Source: Nemertoderma westbladi
Taxonomy: Eukaryota; Animalia; Xenacoelomorpha
Assembly: GCA_032718475.1 (NCBI GenBank)
Contig: JAUCBJ010006329.1
Coordinates: 168,144 to 232,143, forward strand
DNA: 64,000 bases
Direction: 5' to 3'
In this document: positions 61,824 through 64,000 of the stretch, piece by piece
Layout of the letters: each line of letters starts with the position of its first letter
Position numbering within the stretch: position 1 is the first letter of the stretch
The notes under the pieces: generated by a model
Seen by the model: only the letters and a program-made list of their open reading frames with translations
What the model was told of the DNA's origin: nothing
Databases searched by the model: none
Position numbers and translations under genes: made by a program

Positions 61824-64000
61824 ATGAGTGAATCGGGCGAGACACCGACGCGGACCCCGGACGAAGACCTAACGATCCGCGAGGCCGCGACCAAACGATA
61901 CAGGCCCACGACGCCGGAGCCATCGATAACGGGCGAACCGGAAGCACAGGACGAGGAGGGCCTGGAACCCGAAGTCGAGCCAAGAGAGAGAGAGAGCGAG
62001 ACGGAGGGAGAGGGAGATGAGTCGACACGGAACGGAGAACGGCGCGCCGATGTCGCCGGCCAGCTACCGGCCGAGGGCGACGAGCGGCCCACCGAAACGG
62101 CGACGGTGGGGCCGACGGTGCGACGCCGGACGCGAAGAGACGGAGGAGAGATCGGTACCGATGTCGCCGGCCAGCTACAGGCCGAGGGCGACGGACGGCC
62201 CACCGGAACGGCGACGGTGGAGCCGCCGGTACGACGTCGAACCCGGAGGGACGGAGCAGAGGTCGGCGACGAGGACGTCGGGGTTTCTGAGCGACTTCGA
62301 CGGGCCTACAACGCGACCCGGAAGTTGATAAACGACGCCAAGAAGAAAGGGGCGAAGATAGACGAGGTGAGACTGAGAAAGCGACTAGGTGAGTCGGATA
62401 GACACTTAAATTACCTAATACGTTTTGGGCAGAGAGAACTAGCCGGGGAGAGAGCAAAGGGAATTGCAGGCGAACTGTTCGAACTATGGGAGTGTGGGAG
62501 TATGGGACCTAGCGTAGCGCCAGTGTACATAGGGCCATACTTGGTCGATGCCCGGGGAGTGAAACCAGTGGGTTGGAAGGGACCAGAGGAGGGCGAATCC
62601 GAGGCTAACACCGAGGATTCGGCCTCGTCGGTCGGAGAAAGCTCCGAAAAGGGGGGGAAAGCTAGTAGGTCGGGAAGGCGGGGGAAGTCCGTCGTAACCG
62701 ATAAGTCTGCTACATCCTCCGCGAAAGAAAGAGCGGTGAGAAAAATAGGGGCCACATACCGTCTCAGCATGGCAGAGCAAGGTCAGAGAGAAATGAAGGA
62801 ACGGCTAGAGGAGGGAAGAGTGCGGTTAGAGAGGGAAGCGGTATTGCTTAGAGAAACCGGAGAAAGGGCCGAAAGGGCTTTGGAAAGCCTAAGGGAGTAT
62901 GATGAGATAGAGGAAAGGGAGTGTAGGGAGCGGGAAGCGAGGGAGGAAAAGGAACGCGAGGAGCGTGAGGCGAGAATGGAAAAGGAACGCAAGGAGCGTG
63001 AGGCGGAACGCGAGGAGCGTGAGGCGAGAATGGAAAAGGAACGCAAGGAGCGTGAGGCGAGAATGGAAAAGGAACGCAAGGAGCGTGAGGCGGAACGCAA
63101 GGAACGTGAGGCGAGATTGGAAAAGGAACGCAAGGAGCGTGAGGCGAGAAAGGAAAAGGAACGTAAAGAGCGTGGGGCGAGACGAAGGGAGAGCATTAAG
63201 AGTACCGCAGACTCGGCCATCAAGGACACCCAGGAGCGTGAAGGGATAGTGGCAAAGGGTGAAGAGGAACGCAAGGAATTAGAGGAACGGCAGAGTGAGT
63301 ATGCAAAAAATATAATTAAAGGGACGCACGAGTTGGAATACGTGCAAGTGGGACCGCCGTCTGAAAGAGGGGCCGGTTCGAGTATTTTTGAGGAGCCGAG
63401 GGCCGTAGACGTATTTGTTAATACTCCACTGACAGGGACCGCACGACAGACTCAAGACTGGTGCGACCGTACGAGCGGGGGGGGTAATAATAATAATAAT
63501 GGTACAGTAGACGTTGTTGATATTAATAGTACCGTATGGGATAACGCTAATCAAACCTTTATTACAGGAAATACTTTGCCTGGTGGTAGTAATTTAAATT
63601 TAAATCAGAACAATCCCAGTGTTAATGTAGAAAATAATCCTAATATTGATGTAGTTACGCAAAATAATTCAAATAATCAAAATAATAACTCGAATTCGGA
63701 CCTACAAAATAACTTAAATAACGCAATTACACAGAATAATTCGAATAATTCAAATAATGATCTTAGCCCGAATTTACAAAATAATTCAGATAACGTAGTC
63801 GCGCAGAATAATACAAATGATTTTGTTCCAAATGAGCAAATTACTTCCGTTTCCAATATGGGTGCTATTAGTGTAGACACGTCGGGCCTACGTAACCAGG
63901 GAACAGAGGGCCTGGTAGGCCACGTAGTTAGTAGACAGGGAGCAGAGGGCCTGGTAGGCCACGTAGTTAGTAGACAGGGAGCAGAGGGCCTGGTAGGCCA
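61824..64000 (+). CDS. Long Gag-position ORF (>725 aa, 3'-incomplete; missing from ORF track)
   Basis: Manual translation from ATG61824 (MSESGETPTRTPDEDL...) has no stop to the window end. Contains an acidic N-terminus, a 37-aa duplication, E/R/K repeats, an N-rich tract and 13-aa repeats. Gag identity is inferred from position only. Confidence 0.8.
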   Translation, partial: MSESGETPTRTPDEDLTIREAATKRYRPTTPEPSITGEPEAQDEEGLEPEVEPRERESETEGEGDESTRNGERRADVAGQLPAEGDERPTETATVGPTVRRRTRRDGGEIGTDVAGQLQAEGDGRPTGTATVEPPVRRRTRRDGAEVGDEDVGVSERLRRAYNATRKLINDAKKKGAKIDEVRLRKRLGESDRHLNYLIRFGQRELAGERAKGIAGELFELWECGSMGPSVAPVYIGPYLVDARGVKPVGWKGPEEGESEANTEDSASSVGESSEKGGKASRSGRRGKSVVTDKSATSSAKERAVRKIGATYRLSMAEQGQREMKERLEEGRVRLEREAVLLRETGERAERALESLREYDEIEERECREREAREEKEREEREARMEKERKEREAEREEREARMEKERKEREARMEKERKEREAERKEREARLEKERKEREARKEKERKERGARRRESIKSTADSAIKDTQEREGIVAKGEEERKELEERQSEYAKNIIKGTHELEYVQVGPPSERGAGSSIFEEPRAVDVFVNTPLTGTARQTQDWCDRTSGGGNNNNNGTVDVVDINSTVWDNANQTFITGNTLPGGSNLNLNQNNPSVNVENNPNIDVVTQNNSNNQNNNSNSDLQNNLNNAITQNNSNNSNNDLSPNLQNNSDNVVAQNNTNDFVPNEQITSVSNMGAISVDTSGLRNQGTEGLVGHVVSRQGAEGLVGHVVSRQGAEGLVG
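62047..62268 (+). repeat. 111-bp in-frame tandem duplication
   Basis: CCGATGTCGCCGGCCAGCTAC at 62047 and 62158; DVAGQL.AEGD.RPT.TATV.P.VRRRTRRDG twice. Confidence 0.9.
62940..63180 (+). repeat. Coding minisatellite, mixed 30- and 21-bp units (EARMEKERKER / EAERKER)
   Basis: GGAACGC(A/G)AGGAGCGTGAGGCG recurs about eight times. Confidence 0.9.
63897..64000 (+). repeat. 39-bp coding tandem repeat (QGAEGLVGHVVSR), runs off window
   Basis: CAGGGAGCAGAGGGCCTGGTAGGCCACGTAGTTAGTAGA, about 2.7 copies. Confidence 0.9.

Larger units (their letters stand above)
61207..64000 (+). mobile_element. LTR retrotransposon, 5' part (superfamily unconfirmed, Ty3/Gypsy-like suspected); continues beyond window
   Basis: TG...CA LTR homologous to the solo LTRs, an 80-nt leader, then a long ORF. 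No pol motifs inside the window. Confidence 0.82.

Noticed and set aside
61768-63880. Minus-strand and alternative-frame ORFs (229, 163, 136, 119, 103, 94 aa etc.)
   Set aside because: They are shadows of the repetitive plus-strand ORF starting at 61824.

Overview
Eukaryotic (probably invertebrate) heterochromatin, with no ordinary cellular genes. About 52 kb is an AT-rich tandem satellite with a ~415-bp monomer (roughly 120-125 copies, 4163-61206) showing multi-monomer block duplications. Five independent transposon insertions flank or interrupt it. (1) A LINE with an intact ORF2 (ORF1 end + APE-RT ORF2 + (ATAA)n tail, 1-4162). (2) A 5'-truncated CR1/Crack-type LINE with an AGCC TSD (15817-16420). 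(3) One solo LTR with an ATAAC TSD, present in three copies through array duplication (46807, 52449, 57181). (4) A 3.1-kb Crypton-type tyrosine-recombinase DNA transposon without TSD (48422-51506). (5) The 5' end of an LTR retrotransposon related to the solo LTRs (61207 to window end), carrying a >725-codon ORF missing from the ORF track. The most notable structure is the Crypton right end: an internal region complementary to both termini plus a 136-nt hairpin. This is DIRS-ICR-like geometry in an element with no RT, and suggests a folded single-strand substrate. The LTR element has no tRNA-type TGG PBS and may self-prime. All short satellite ORFs are considered spurious. Family calls rest on motifs read by eye; no database search was run.
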